Source: an uncultured virus (IMG/VR IMGVR_UViG_3300043932_000242) (Duplodnaviria; Heunggongvirae; Uroviricota; Caudoviricetes). From it: DNA of 64,000 bases. Positions 26,780-35,812 of this stretch are shown in pieces (positions within the stretch are counted from its first letter, which is position 1; each line of letters begins with the position of its first letter). The stretch lies in the IMG/VR virus record IMGVR_UViG_3300043932_000242; one strand, 5' to 3'. The position numbers and the translations under genes were made by a program. The notes below the pieces were generated by a model, which searched no databases, had not been told where the DNA came from, and was given only the letters and a program-made list of their open reading frames with translations.

Positions 26780-27913
26780 TAGAGCGGTTTGGAGGTGGTC
26801 GTTAGAGCTGAAAAAGTACTCTCAAGACCTCCATGTAGAGCGGTTTGGAGGTAGTCGTTAGAGCTAAAAAGGTCTCTATAGATCTCCATGTGGAGCGGTT
26901 GTGAGGTCCTCGTTAGAGCTAAAAGGTCTCACGGGAGATCTACCGAGAGCTGTTGTGAGGAGCTGACAGCAGTTGTTGGGTCCCTCCGGCTGGGCGTAAA
27001 CCCGCGGAGAACCCGTCACATAGCGCCCACAGGGGCCGTCAGAGGCGTCATAAGCCCTCTACTCCGCCTCAGCCGGACCCAAAAACCTCTCCTTTAGAGC
27101 GGTTTTGAGGTGGTCGTTAGATCTACGAAGCTCTCTCAAGATCTCCATGTAGAGCTGGTTTGAGGTCCTCGTTAGATCTGCAAAGCTCTCTATAGACCTC
27201 CATGTAGAGCGGTTTAGAGGTCCTCATTAGATCTGCAAAGGTCTCACGGGAGATATACCCAGAGCGGTTGTAAGGAGCTGACAGCAGTTGTTGGGTCCCT
27301 CCGGCTGGGCGTAAACCCGCGGACAACCCGTTATATAGCGCCCACAGGGGCCGTCAGAGGCGTTACAAGCTCGCTACAGCGCCTCACCCGGACCCAAAAC
27401 CAGTCCTTTAGAGCGGTTTTGAGGTGGTCGTTAGAGCGGGAAAAGTACTCTCAAGACCTCCATGTAGAGCGGTTTAGAGGTCCTCGTTAGAGCTACAAAG
27501 ATCTCTATAGACCTCCATGTAGAGCGGTTTAGAGGTCCTCATTAGATCTGCAAAGGGCTCACGGGAGAACTACCCAGAGCGGTTGTAAGGAGCTGACAGC
27601 AGTTGTTGGGTCCCTCCGGCTGGGCGTAAACCCGCGGAGAACCCGTCACATAGCGCCCACACAGGCTGCTGACGGCGCCACAAGCCCGCTATGTCGCCTC
27701 ACCCGGACCCAAAACCAGTCCTTTAGAGCGGTTTGGAGGTAGCCGTTAGAGCGGGAAAAGTACTCTCAAGATCTCCATGTAGAGCTGGTTTGAGGTCCTC
27801 GTTAGATCTGCAAAGCGCTCTATAGATCTCTATGTAGAGCGGTTTTGAGGTCCTCGTTAGAGCTGCAAAGCTCTCTATCGACCTGCGTGTAGAGCGGTTG
27901 TAAGGAGCTGACA
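26780..27913. repeat. Hierarchical non-coding repeat array: 3.6 x 315-bp units, each 3 x 55-bp repeats plus a partial repeat plus an IR-closed GC-rich module
   Basis: Super-units start at 26780, 27095, 27409, 27724; 55-mer consensus TAGAGCGGTTTDGAGGTCCTCGTTAGAKCTGCAAAGNTCTCTATAGAYCTCCATG. Confidence 0.95.
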
Positions 27914-27985
27914 AAGGGAAAATTGCTGTAATGACGAGCGCCGAGAGTGGCTTCCAGGAGATCATCTAGCTGGGGTGCCCTCCCG

Positions 27986-28303
27986 CTAGATTTTCCATTC
28001 CCGGTCCATCACCAACAACCGGTGGATCGCTTCCCAGGCTGCGCGGGCGGCGTCGGTTTTGTCTGCCCAAAATCCTCCGGTTGCTCCGTCGCGTGCCTCG
28101 TACAGGTGGGTTGCCAGCATGACCACGCCCTGGGTGGTGGCTGGGCTCATCGCGTGGGTGTTGTAGAAGCCATCCGGCAAGTGCTGGAAGGAAGCAGCGT
28201 AGGAGGTGGCGGCGTCCACCAAGTGTGCGATCAACTCATCATCCGTGTCGAAGTCGATCAGCAGATTCGTTTTCACCAGTGCGGTGAGTTCTGCTGTGGA
28301 CAT
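27986..28303 (-). CDS. Head-tail connector (gp6-like)
   Basis: LVKTNLLIDFDTDDELI...MLATHLYEARDG; AAGGAGGTG RBS. Confidence 0.85.
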   Translation of the reverse strand: MSTAELTALVKTNLLIDFDTDDELIAHLVDAATSYAASFQHLPDGFYNTHAMSPATTQGVVMLATHLYEARDGATGGFWADKTDAARAAWEAIHRLLVMDREWKI

Positions 28304-28331
28304 CCGCCACCTCCTTATCGCTTGCTGGGGT

Positions 28332-29561
28332 TTAGGCGCTGGCCTTCTGGGTGAGGACCTGCACGGCCTCGGGAACGATGAGCTTGCCGTCCAGGCGCTG
28401 GGAGGCCAGGAACCCCACCTGCCCCGTGGTAGCAAACAGCTCGTTGAGTCGCTTGAAGGAGCGGCCCACGCGGTCGGCAATCCAGTAATAAGACAGATCC
28501 CCGAAGGCGACGGTGCGGGCCCCGGCCTTGATCTCAGGCACAAAGGTCGAGGTATGCACAGGCCGGCCCAGGATCGTGTCCGGATCCCCTGCGGTCAGGG
28601 CCGGCTGCCACAGGTACTGGCCGGTGGTGTCCTTGAGCTTGCGCACGGTCTTGACGGTGGCGTCGTTCATCAGCCACACCGCGTTCTTGCGGTACGGGGC
28701 CCGCAGCCCATAGTGCAGGTCGATCAGCTCATCGGCGCTGATGTCGGTTGCCTTAGCCGTGGTGACGCTGGACTGCGCACCAGAGGTGGCGTGGAAGACA
28801 CCGGTGGGCTTACCCGACCCATCCCCGTTGATGAAGGCTTCCTCTTCGGCGGCACCCATGCGGCGAGCAAACTCGGAGGCGAGATATGCCTCGATGTCGA
28901 AGGCCGAGTCGTTGAGGAGCTCTTCGGAGACCTTGAGGAAGGTGCCGAGCTTGAACGCGGAGAGGGTCACCTGGTTGAAGGTGTCATCGGACTCGGTATA
29001 CGGCTTGCCCTCATCCAGCCACGCCGCGCTGCCGTGGGTGGCGACTACCGGGATCTTGCGGTCCCCGCTGGTGGTGGTGATGACCTTGGCCAGGGTGCGC
29101 ATGATGTTCTGATCTTGCAGGGTGTCGACCAGGGTGCGTTCGAACTCCTCGGGCACAAGGTAGCCACCCTCCGTGTCCGTGCCGACGGACAGGGCGTTTC
29201 GCACCTCTGCCGGTGAGGCGTTCAGGCGCATCGCATCCCAAAACGCCCGCTTGTAGGTGGCAGAAGCACGACCCGCCGGTTCGTCCTCGTCGGTGTGGAA
29301 GACGGCGGTGTTCATGCCGGGCCGGGCGGTCAGCGGTGGGCGGGTTGCGCGGGCGAGCTGGTTTTCGAGTGCTTCGGCGCGCTCGTTGCGGGCGATCTCC
29401 CGGGTGAGGTCCTCAATCTCTGCCTCCATACGGGCATAAGTCTGGTCGTCCTCAGCGGTGAGGCATCCGGTCTCAGCATCGCGGCGCTCATCGAGGAATG
29501 CCTTCGCGGCCTCCCAGGCCTTGGCGCGGCGGGCGTAGAGGTCAGTGGTGGTCATGGTCAT
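28332..29561 (-). CDS. Major capsid protein, HK97 family
   Basis: GGYLVPEEF, VSEELLNDS, FINGDGSGKPTG, DTILGRPV, QRLDGK. Confidence 0.95.
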   Translation of the reverse strand: MTMTTTDLYARRAKAWEAAKAFLDERRDAETGCLTAEDDQTYARMEAEIEDLTREIARNERAEALENQLARATRPPLTARPGMNTAVFHTDEDEPAGRASATYKRAFWDAMRLNASPAEVRNALSVGTDTEGGYLVPEEFERTLVDTLQDQNIMRTLAKVITTTSGDRKIPVVATHGSAAWLDEGKPYTESDDTFNQVTLSAFKLGTFLKVSEELLNDSAFDIEAYLASEFARRMGAAEEEAFINGDGSGKPTGVFHATSGAQSSVTTAKATDISADELIDLHYGLRAPYRKNAVWLMNDATVKTVRKLKDTTGQYLWQPALTAGDPDTILGRPVHTSTFVPEIKAGARTVAFGDLSYYWIADRVGRSFKRLNELFATTGQVGFLASQRLDGKLIVPEAVQVLTQKASA

Positions 29562-29582
29562 GATCAGTGTTCCTTTCACGAT

Positions 29583-30359
29583 CTAGTGGGGTTGGTTGGC
29601 CAGGGCGGCGTACAGGTCAGCAATCCGCCGACCCAACCGAACAGACGGGGTGGGTTGGTGGTGGTTGATCTTGTTCACCAACGTGGCGGTGGTTGCCGCA
29701 GCGCTAAAGGTGAACCCCGCACCCAGGTTGTCGGGTACGGGGTCAAGGGCAGCAGGCTCGGCGGGGCCGGGTGGCGTGAACGCTTGCGTGGGTTCGCTGG
29801 GTTGGTAGAGGCCGTCAGCGAAACCCATGGCGATGGCGGCTTTCGCGTCCATCCAGGTTTCCTCATCCATCAGCCGGGCAAGCTTGGCACGTTGTATGCC
29901 GGTGCGCAGCTCGTAAGCGTTGATGATGGATTCCTTAACTGCTCCCAGCATCTCCACCGCGCGGGACAGCTCGGCGGCGTCTCCGGTGGCTAGGGTGGCG
30001 GGGTTGTGGATCATCATCATGCCCACCGGGGAGATCAACACCTCGGTGCCGGCCATCGCAATCACCGAGGCAGCACTTGCGGCTAGGGCGTCGATGATCA
30101 CGGTGACCGGATACGGGTAGTCCATGAGCATCGTGTAGATCTCGGCTGCCGCCACGCAATCCCCACCCGGGGAGTTGATCCACACCTGGATGGGGCCTGC
30201 TCCTGCTTCCAGCTCGGAGCGAAAAATGCCGGGGGTGACGTCGTCATCGAACCAGGAGTCTGCTGCGATGACGCCGCCGATACGCAAAACCCGGTGGGCA
30301 TCATGCTCACCGGGCGGGTCTGGGGGTTGCTCCCAGTTCCAGAAACGGTTAGCCGTCAT
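29583..30359 (-). CDS. ClpP-type head maturation protease
   Basis: WINSPGGD, AASAASVIAMAG, MMIHNP, MDEETWM. Confidence 0.92.
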   Translation of the reverse strand: MTANRFWNWEQPPDPPGEHDAHRVLRIGGVIAADSWFDDDVTPGIFRSELEAGAGPIQVWINSPGGDCVAAAEIYTMLMDYPYPVTVIIDALAASAASVIAMAGTEVLISPVGMMMIHNPATLATGDAAELSRAVEMLGAVKESIINAYELRTGIQRAKLARLMDEETWMDAKAAIAMGFADGLYQPSEPTQAFTPPGPAEPAALDPVPDNLGAGFTFSAAATTATLVNKINHHQPTPSVRLGRRIADLYAALANQPH

Positions 30360-31656
30360 GGCCTGCCTCCTCTCTGGCGGTTGTTCTGGGTTGGGTCATG
30401 GGGTCCTCCTCGGGTGTCGTTGGGTTGGGTGTCTGGGTGGTGGCATACGCCCCGGCTAGGGACAGGGGCAGCATGTTGCCGTTGACCAGGTACAAGTCCC
30501 CGCCATCCTCGGGTGCGATGCGGTCGAGGTTTTCGAGCTCCCGGATGTCGTTGGCGCTCATCCACCCGTTCTGCCGCGCTACCGCATAGCCCTGCATACG
30601 GGACGCGTAGTCACCGCGCAGCAAACCCTCGAGGTTGAACTTCACGAACACGCCAGTATCGCGAGGATCCAGCAGGGTCTTAGTGAGGGCTTGCTCCCAG
30701 CGGATCACCCACGGATCCAGGGTGTATTTGACGAACTCGAGGGACTGCTGCTCGATGTTCGAGAAGCTGGACTTGTCGAGATCGCCGATCATGTGCGGCG
30801 GAATGCGGAAGATCCGGGCGATCTCACCCATCTGGAACTTCCGGGTCTGCAGAAACTGCGCCTGCTCAGGGGAAACCGAGATGGGCGTGTACTTCATGCC
30901 CTCCTCTAACACCGCGATCTTGTTGCCGTTGCGTGCTCCACCGAACGTGGCAGTCCAGGATTCCCGCACACGGCTCGGGTCTTTGATCGTGCCTGGGTGT
31001 TCGAGTACCCCGCCGGGTGCGGCACCGTTGGCGAAGAAGGATGCTCCGTAGTCTTCGCAGGCTTGGGCCATGCCGATCGCGTTTTTCGCCATCGCAATCG
31101 GGGAATACCCAACGAGGCCGTCAAACCCCAACCCCGGAATATGCAACACCTCAGAGGGTGGGAGTACGACGCGCTCATACTGAGCGGCCGGTGGCTCCTC
31201 GCTGGTGCGCTGATACTCGTAATACAGCCGGCCCGCACTATCCCGGCCCACCTGCATGCGGTTAGGCATCAGCGGGTAGAGGCCGATGACTTCGCCGCGG
31301 CCGTTGCGGATCACCTGCGCGTAGGCGTTACCCCAGAGCAGCAGGTGCGTCATCAACGTTTCCCGGAACACGAAGCTTGTCATCTCCGGGTTCGGCTCGT
31401 CGTGCAACAGGCGGTAGAGCGGATGGCTAACCGCCTTCTCCTTCCCGCCATCCGTGCGGGTTTGGTAGACGTGCAACGGTAGGCCGGCGATGGCCTCAGC
31501 CAGAATCCGCACACAGGAGTAGACGGCGGTCATCTGCATGGCGGTACGCTCATTGACCGCACGGCCAGCCGATGTGGGGCCGAACAGGAACGAGTAGCCA
31601 GACGAGAGCTGCGTGTTGGTCGGGGCACGTCGGGTAAACCAGTCTTTAATTGACAT
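30349..31656 (-). CDS. Portal protein, HK97 family
   Basis: AVYSCVRILAE, LLLWGNAY, GLVGYSP, FSNIEQQ. Confidence 0.95.
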   Translation of the reverse strand: MSIKDWFTRRAPTNTQLSSGYSFLFGPTSAGRAVNERTAMQMTAVYSCVRILAEAIAGLPLHVYQTRTDGGKEKAVSHPLYRLLHDEPNPEMTSFVFRETLMTHLLLWGNAYAQVIRNGRGEVIGLYPLMPNRMQVGRDSAGRLYYEYQRTSEEPPAAQYERVVLPPSEVLHIPGLGFDGLVGYSPIAMAKNAIGMAQACEDYGASFFANGAAPGGVLEHPGTIKDPSRVRESWTATFGGARNGNKIAVLEEGMKYTPISVSPEQAQFLQTRKFQMGEIARIFRIPPHMIGDLDKSSFSNIEQQSLEFVKYTLDPWVIRWEQALTKTLLDPRDTGVFVKFNLEGLLRGDYASRMQGYAVARQNGWMSANDIRELENLDRIAPEDGGDLYLVNGNMLPLSLAGAYATTQTPNPTTPEEDPMTQPRTTAREEAGHDG

Positions 31657-31701
31657 ATCGACACCTTTTCGGCGAAAACAGAAACTATAAGAGGGAACGC
31701 G

Positions 31702-32082
31702 ATGAAGGTTGAACACCGACGTGAGGATGGTGAACTTCTCGGCTGGATTGACATCCACGAGGACGGCTCATGCACAGCGATCGACTTGCTCGGACGAGTG
31801 AGCGCTGCTGGTGATTGGGACGAGTGCGAAAACCAGCTCGAGGCCCAAGGCTTATCCTATCTGGCAGATCTTTATGCCCTGGAAGTCACACCGGGACTCT
31901 GGGTACGGGTCCTCATCGTTGAAGTCAACTCCACCCGGGTCCGAGTGAAGGAAGATGACTTCGGAGACGCCACCATCTCCACTCCCATCCACGACGTGCC
32001 GATTCCGGTGGACAATCGCCTCGTTCCATACGCCCTGGCACCCGGTGAGGTTCACAGCACGAGCAAACCTCGCTCGTCGTAG
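31702..32082 (+). CDS. Antisense-oriented hypothetical protein (moron) between terminase and portal
   Basis: 126-aa ORF with GAGGG RBS; overlaps the terminase 3' end by 31 bp. Confidence 0.7.
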   Translation: MKVEHRREDGELLGWIDIHEDGSCTAIDLLGRVSAAGDWDECENQLEAQGLSYLADLYALEVTPGLWVRVLIVEVNSTRVRVKEDDFGDATISTPIHDVPIPVDNRLVPYALAPGEVHSTSKPRSS

Positions 32083-33662
32083 ACCGAGTGCGCGGGCGCG
32101 GCGTTGCTGTTACGAATGGCCCGGTCTAGAGCCATGATGAGGGCGACGACGCCGTCGATTTTCTCGGTGGACTTTTGCTTGTCGGGTTTGATGTTGCCGG
32201 CAGGGTCGGTGCGGATGTGAATGTTGTCGACCATCCACGCGAGCACCTTGTTCCCACCATGCTGGATCCGTCCTTCCAGGGCGAGCTTCATCAGCTCCTT
32301 CGACGGTGGGCTCATGTCTTTGAAGCCTTGCCCGAAGGGAACCACGGTGAAGCCCAGGGCCTCCAAGTTCTGCGACATTTGCACCGCGCCCCAACGGTCG
32401 TAGGCGATCTCCCGAATGTCGTAGCGGGTACCGAGTTCCTCGATGAACGCTTCTATGGCGGCGTAGTGGACGACATTGCCCTCAGTGGTGTGCAACAGGC
32501 CTTCGCGCTCCCACTGGTCGTAGGGCACATGGTCACGGTTCACCCTAAGCTCGATGTTGTCCTCAGGGATCCAGAAATGCGGCACCACCACATACGGCTC
32601 GGTCTCATCCCGGGGTGGGAACACCAACACCAGCGCGGTGATGTCGGTCGTGGATGCCAGGTCCAGGCCGGCGTAACACACCCGCCCCTCCAAGGAGGAG
32701 AGGTCGATAGGAGCGTTGCCTTTGTCCCACAGGTGCATCGGCATCCACCGAATCGACTGCTTCACCCACTGGTTGAGGCGCAGCTGGCGGAAGGCGTTTT
32801 CTTCGGCGGGGTTGATGCGGGCCGAGTGGGCAGCCGCCCGCACCTTGTCGATGGGGACGGTGATGTCCAGGCTTGGGTTGGCTTTACGCCACACGTCTTC
32901 GTCCAGCCAGTCATCCTCGGGCTCGGCCCCGTAGATCACCGGGTAGAACGTGGGATCATTCTTTTTGCCGTCGAGGATGTCGCGGGCTTTTTGGTGCTGC
33001 TCGAAGCACACCGAGGCGGTATTCGTCCCTGCCGTGGTGATCAGGAAGTACAGCGGCTGGGTGCGGGCATCACCGGAGCCTTTGGTCATGACGTCGAACA
33101 GGGCCCGGTTGGGTTGGGTGTGCAGCTCATCGAAGACGACCCCGGAGATGTTGAATCCGTGCTTGGAGTAGGCCTCAGCGGAAAGCACCTGGTAGAAGGA
33201 GTTGGTTGGGGTGTAGACGATGCGCTTCTGGCTTGCCAGGATTTTCACCCTTCTTGCCAGCGGTGGGCAAAGCCGCACCATGTCGGCAGCAACCTCGAAG
33301 ACGATGCTCGCTTGCTGGCGGTCTGCCGCACACCCATACACCTCGGCACGCTCCTCACCATCCGCGCAGGTCAGCAGCAGGGCGATTGTGGCAGCGAGCT
33401 CGCTTTTGCCCTGCTTCTTGGGGATTTCCACATACGCGGTAGTGAACTGGCGGTACCCGTCGGGCTTGATGGTGCCGAACAGGTCGCGCACGATCCTCTC
33501 CTGCCAGCCCAGCAGCTCAAAAGGCTTGCCTGCCCAGCGGCCCTTGGTGTGTTTGAGGGCTTGGATGAAGGCGACCGCGTAGTCGGCTTTGCGCTTGTCG
33601 TAGTGGGAGCCCTCATCCATGAACCGGGTCGGTGTGTAAGCGTCCGTGCTGGTGCTGGTCAT
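32052..33662 (-). CDS. terL: Terminase large subunit
   Basis: IPKKQGKSEL, VFDELH, ITTAG, GLDLAST, KIDGVVA. Confidence 0.95.
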   Translation of the reverse strand: MTSTSTDAYTPTRFMDEGSHYDKRKADYAVAFIQALKHTKGRWAGKPFELLGWQERIVRDLFGTIKPDGYRQFTTAYVEIPKKQGKSELAATIALLLTCADGEERAEVYGCAADRQQASIVFEVAADMVRLCPPLARRVKILASQKRIVYTPTNSFYQVLSAEAYSKHGFNISGVVFDELHTQPNRALFDVMTKGSGDARTQPLYFLITTAGTNTASVCFEQHQKARDILDGKKNDPTFYPVIYGAEPEDDWLDEDVWRKANPSLDITVPIDKVRAAAHSARINPAEENAFRQLRLNQWVKQSIRWMPMHLWDKGNAPIDLSSLEGRVCYAGLDLASTTDITALVLVFPPRDETEPYVVVPHFWIPEDNIELRVNRDHVPYDQWEREGLLHTTEGNVVHYAAIEAFIEELGTRYDIREIAYDRWGAVQMSQNLEALGFTVVPFGQGFKDMSPPSKELMKLALEGRIQHGGNKVLAWMVDNIHIRTDPAGNIKPDKQKSTEKIDGVVALIMALDRAIRNSNAAPAHSVYDERGLLVL

Positions 33663-33733
33663 GGTGGTTCTCCCTTCTAGGGTACAGGCAAGCGCCCCAG
33701 GAGCGTGGGCTCGTGGGGTGCGAGGCGTGGCGG

Positions 33734-34048
33734 TTAGGCGTTGTGGTTGGCCAGGGGTTCGGCCAGGGCTACCTGGAGGGCTTGGATCATGGTTTGGGCG
33801 TTATTCAGGGCGATGACCAGCTCGGTGGTCTGCATCGGGGTCAGCGCCCCAAAGCTGGTGGTCTGGATCGTCCACTGGCCGTCCGTGTAGTAGAGGGTGG
33901 GAATGTAGGAGGTCGGGTCGGTGGGGATGACCTCGATTGGCCGGTGGGTGTCGGCGGTGTTGATCCGGTGGACCGTGTAGCCAAGCTTGGCTGCGTGGCG
34001 GATCAGTTCGGCGGTGTTGGCCTTGGCGGTGGTGTTCAGGGTGTTCAT
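33734..34048 (-). CDS. Small hypothetical protein, cassette 1
   Basis: AAGGAG RBS; preceded by conserved block 34089-34172. Confidence 0.65.
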   Translation of the reverse strand: MNTLNTTAKANTAELIRHAAKLGYTVHRINTADTHRPIEVIPTDPTSYIPTLYYTDGQWTIQTTSFGALTPMQTTELVIALNNAQTMIQALQVALAEPLANHNA

Positions 34049-34088
34049 GACCAGGCTCCTTCGTTGTGTGTTTTGGTGGTTGTTTGGT

Positions 34089-34172
34089 CATGTACATACA
34101 GCCATACCCGCCCGGACATATCCAGCCGTTTTGCCTGATATTCTGCGGTTTTTCTAGAGATCATCATCTCTA
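34089..34172 (-). promoter_or_regulatory. Cassette promoter/operator block, copy 1
   Basis: CTGGATA-N18-TGTATGTACATG; palindrome TAGAGATCATCATCTCTA at 34155-34172. Confidence 0.8.
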
Positions 34173-34243
34173 TGGCCTTGCCTCGTTTTACCTCATGTAC
34201 GAGGCGTGGCCCCACCGTGGTGGGGCCGGGAAGCCTGGGCTGG

Positions 34244-34630
34244 TTAGCGCTTGGCGGGGCGGAAGGCGTAGCAGCCCTCGTCCTCGTGGGCGCGGATCCA
34301 GGCCTTGGCCTCCCACTCGTTAGCCAGGCGGATCCCGGTGGCGCGCTTGCCGTCCCGGGTGAACTCGATGATCTCGACTTCTCCGCCCTCCCAGGCGATC
34401 TCAGTTTGTCCGGCGCTGCCTGCCTGCTGGCCGGCAATGAACGCGGCGGTCAGGGCGTCTTTCAGGCTCCAGACGCTGACCTCGACGAAGTCCAGGCTGT
34501 CGGATCCTTGGGTTTCCAGGGTGTCGACCCCGACCAGCTCGGTGGTGGCGATCTGGGTGAGCAGGGCGTTCAGGTCGGTCTCCCGGATCGCCGTCTTGGA
34601 GCTCTTGCGGGTGGTGGTTGTGCGTGCCAT
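34244..34630 (-). CDS. DUF6900-like protein, cassette 2
   Basis: LLTQIA...DTLETQGSDSLDFVEVSVWSLKDALTAAFIAG. Confidence 0.7.
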   Translation of the reverse strand: MARTTTTRKSSKTAIRETDLNALLTQIATTELVGVDTLETQGSDSLDFVEVSVWSLKDALTAAFIAGQQAGSAGQTEIAWEGGEVEIIEFTRDGKRATGIRLANEWEAKAWIRAHEDEGCYAFRPAKR

Positions 34631-34669
34631 TGTCGTTGTCCTTCCGGGTGTGGCTGCTGGTGTTTTTGT

Positions 34670-34753
34670 CATGTACATACAGCCATAGATGCGGCACACT
34701 ATCCAGCCGGTTTTGCCTGATAATCCAAGGTTTTCTAGAGATCATCATCTCTA
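34670..34753 (-). promoter_or_regulatory. Cassette promoter/operator block, copy 2
   Basis: Near-identical to copy 1; palindrome at 34736-34753. Confidence 0.8.
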
Positions 34754-34823
34754 TTTGGCCTTGTGAAATCTTGGAATAACGAAGGCCCCGCCACGTGCGG
34801 GTGGCAGGGGCCGTGGTGCTTGT

Positions 34824-35183
34824 TTAGCTGGCGGCTGGCCGGTAGGTCAGGCACTGATCGCCTGCGTTTTCCTTGATCCAGGTTCGGGCTTCAAAGGCGT
34901 TCGAGAACCGTTGACCGGTGGCTTTATCGGTGCAGAAGTTGTAGATCTCAACCTCTCCGTCTTCCCAGGCGATCCCGTCGCGTCCGGCCTGGGCATCAGC
35001 CTGGCCGGCCAGGTAGGCGGCGGTCAGGGCGTCTTTGAGGTTCCAGATGCTGACCTCTATCCAGTCGAGGCTGTCTGTGCCTTCTTCTTCGAGGGTGTCG
35101 ATGGAGGAGATCTGGGTGGTGGCGATCCGGGTAAGCAGGGCGTTGAGGTCCTTCTCGCTCAGGGCGGTGGTTGTGTGTGCCAT
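34824..35183 (-). CDS. DUF6900-like protein, cassette 3 (paralogue of cassette 2)
   Basis: DLNALLTRIA...DTLEEEGTDSLDWIEVSIWNLKDALTAAYLAG. Confidence 0.7.
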   Translation of the reverse strand: MAHTTTALSEKDLNALLTRIATTQISSIDTLEEEGTDSLDWIEVSIWNLKDALTAAYLAGQADAQAGRDGIAWEDGEVEIYNFCTDKATGQRFSNAFEARTWIKENAGDQCLTYRPAAS

Positions 35184-35221
35184 TGTCCTTGTCCTTCCGG
35201 GTGTGGCTGTCGTTGTTTGGT

Positions 35222-35305
35222 CATGTACATACAGCCATAGACGCGGCACACTATCCAGCCGGTTTTGCCTGATAATCCGTGGTTTTCTAGAGATCATCAT
35301 CTCTA
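35222..35305 (-). promoter_or_regulatory. Cassette promoter/operator block, copy 3
   Basis: Palindrome at 35288-35305. Confidence 0.8.
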
Positions 35306-35386
35306 TGAGTGGGCCTGGTTCTCACCCCCGACAACGAGGTGCGGCCCACCATCAGGAGGCCGGTCTCGTAGGTGCTGGTGGGGTGT

Positions 35387-35686
35387 TTAGTGGGCGAGGA
35401 TCATGCCCATCGCCCAGGCCCCGGCCTCAGCCTGGCTGGTGAAATCCTCGTGGTCCTCAGTCGAGCTGATCGCCAGGTGAATCGGGGCCGTCTCGCCGCG
35501 CTCGGCGGTGGTGTAGCGGTAGCAGAAAGCCTGGTAGCTCATGGCCTCTGTGTCGTAGTTCCAGGCCCAGCGGGTGGCGATGATCCACTCACCGACCGGC
35601 ATCATGTTGCCCTGGAAGCGGGTGGCCTTCTTCAGGGCCTTCTCGGTGGCCGGGCGGGTCATCTCGGTAAGCATCTCGGTGTTCAT
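35387..35686 (-). CDS. Small hypothetical protein, cassette 4
   Basis: AAGGAAG RBS; preceded by conserved block. Confidence 0.65.
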   Translation of the reverse strand: MNTEMLTEMTRPATEKALKKATRFQGNMMPVGEWIIATRWAWNYDTEAMSYQAFCYRYTTAERGETAPIHLAISSTEDHEDFTSQAEAGAWAMGMILAH

Positions 35687-35723
35687 CGTGGGGCTTCCTT
35701 CCTGGTTGGCTGGTGTTTTCTTG

Positions 35724-35806
35724 CATGTACATACAGCCATACCCCCGCCCACATATCCAGTCGTTTTGCCTGGTATTCCGGGGAAAAATAGAGATGCTCA
35801 TCTCTG
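35724..35806 (-). promoter_or_regulatory. Cassette promoter/operator block, copy 4
   Basis: CTGGATA-N18-TGTATGTACATG; AGAGATGCTCATCTCT at 35790-35805. Confidence 0.75.
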
Positions 35807-35812
35807 CGCGTG

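Noticed and set aside
26976..27082. tRNA or known ribozyme in the GC-rich module
   Set aside because: No cloverleaf, TTC-GA T-loop or hammerhead core (CTGATGA/GAAA) found by eye on either strand; an Rfam search is still needed
26780..27913. CRISPR array interpretation of the repeat region
   Set aside because: No unique spacers: sequence between repeats is itself repeated, units are 55 and 315 bp, and there is no cas operon (DUF2800 is a common phage nuclease)
27123..27965. ORFs 27123-27326 and 27723-27965 as repeat-encoded peptides
   Set aside because: The 55-bp unit is not a multiple of 3, and the equivalent frame hits TAG in the other two super-units
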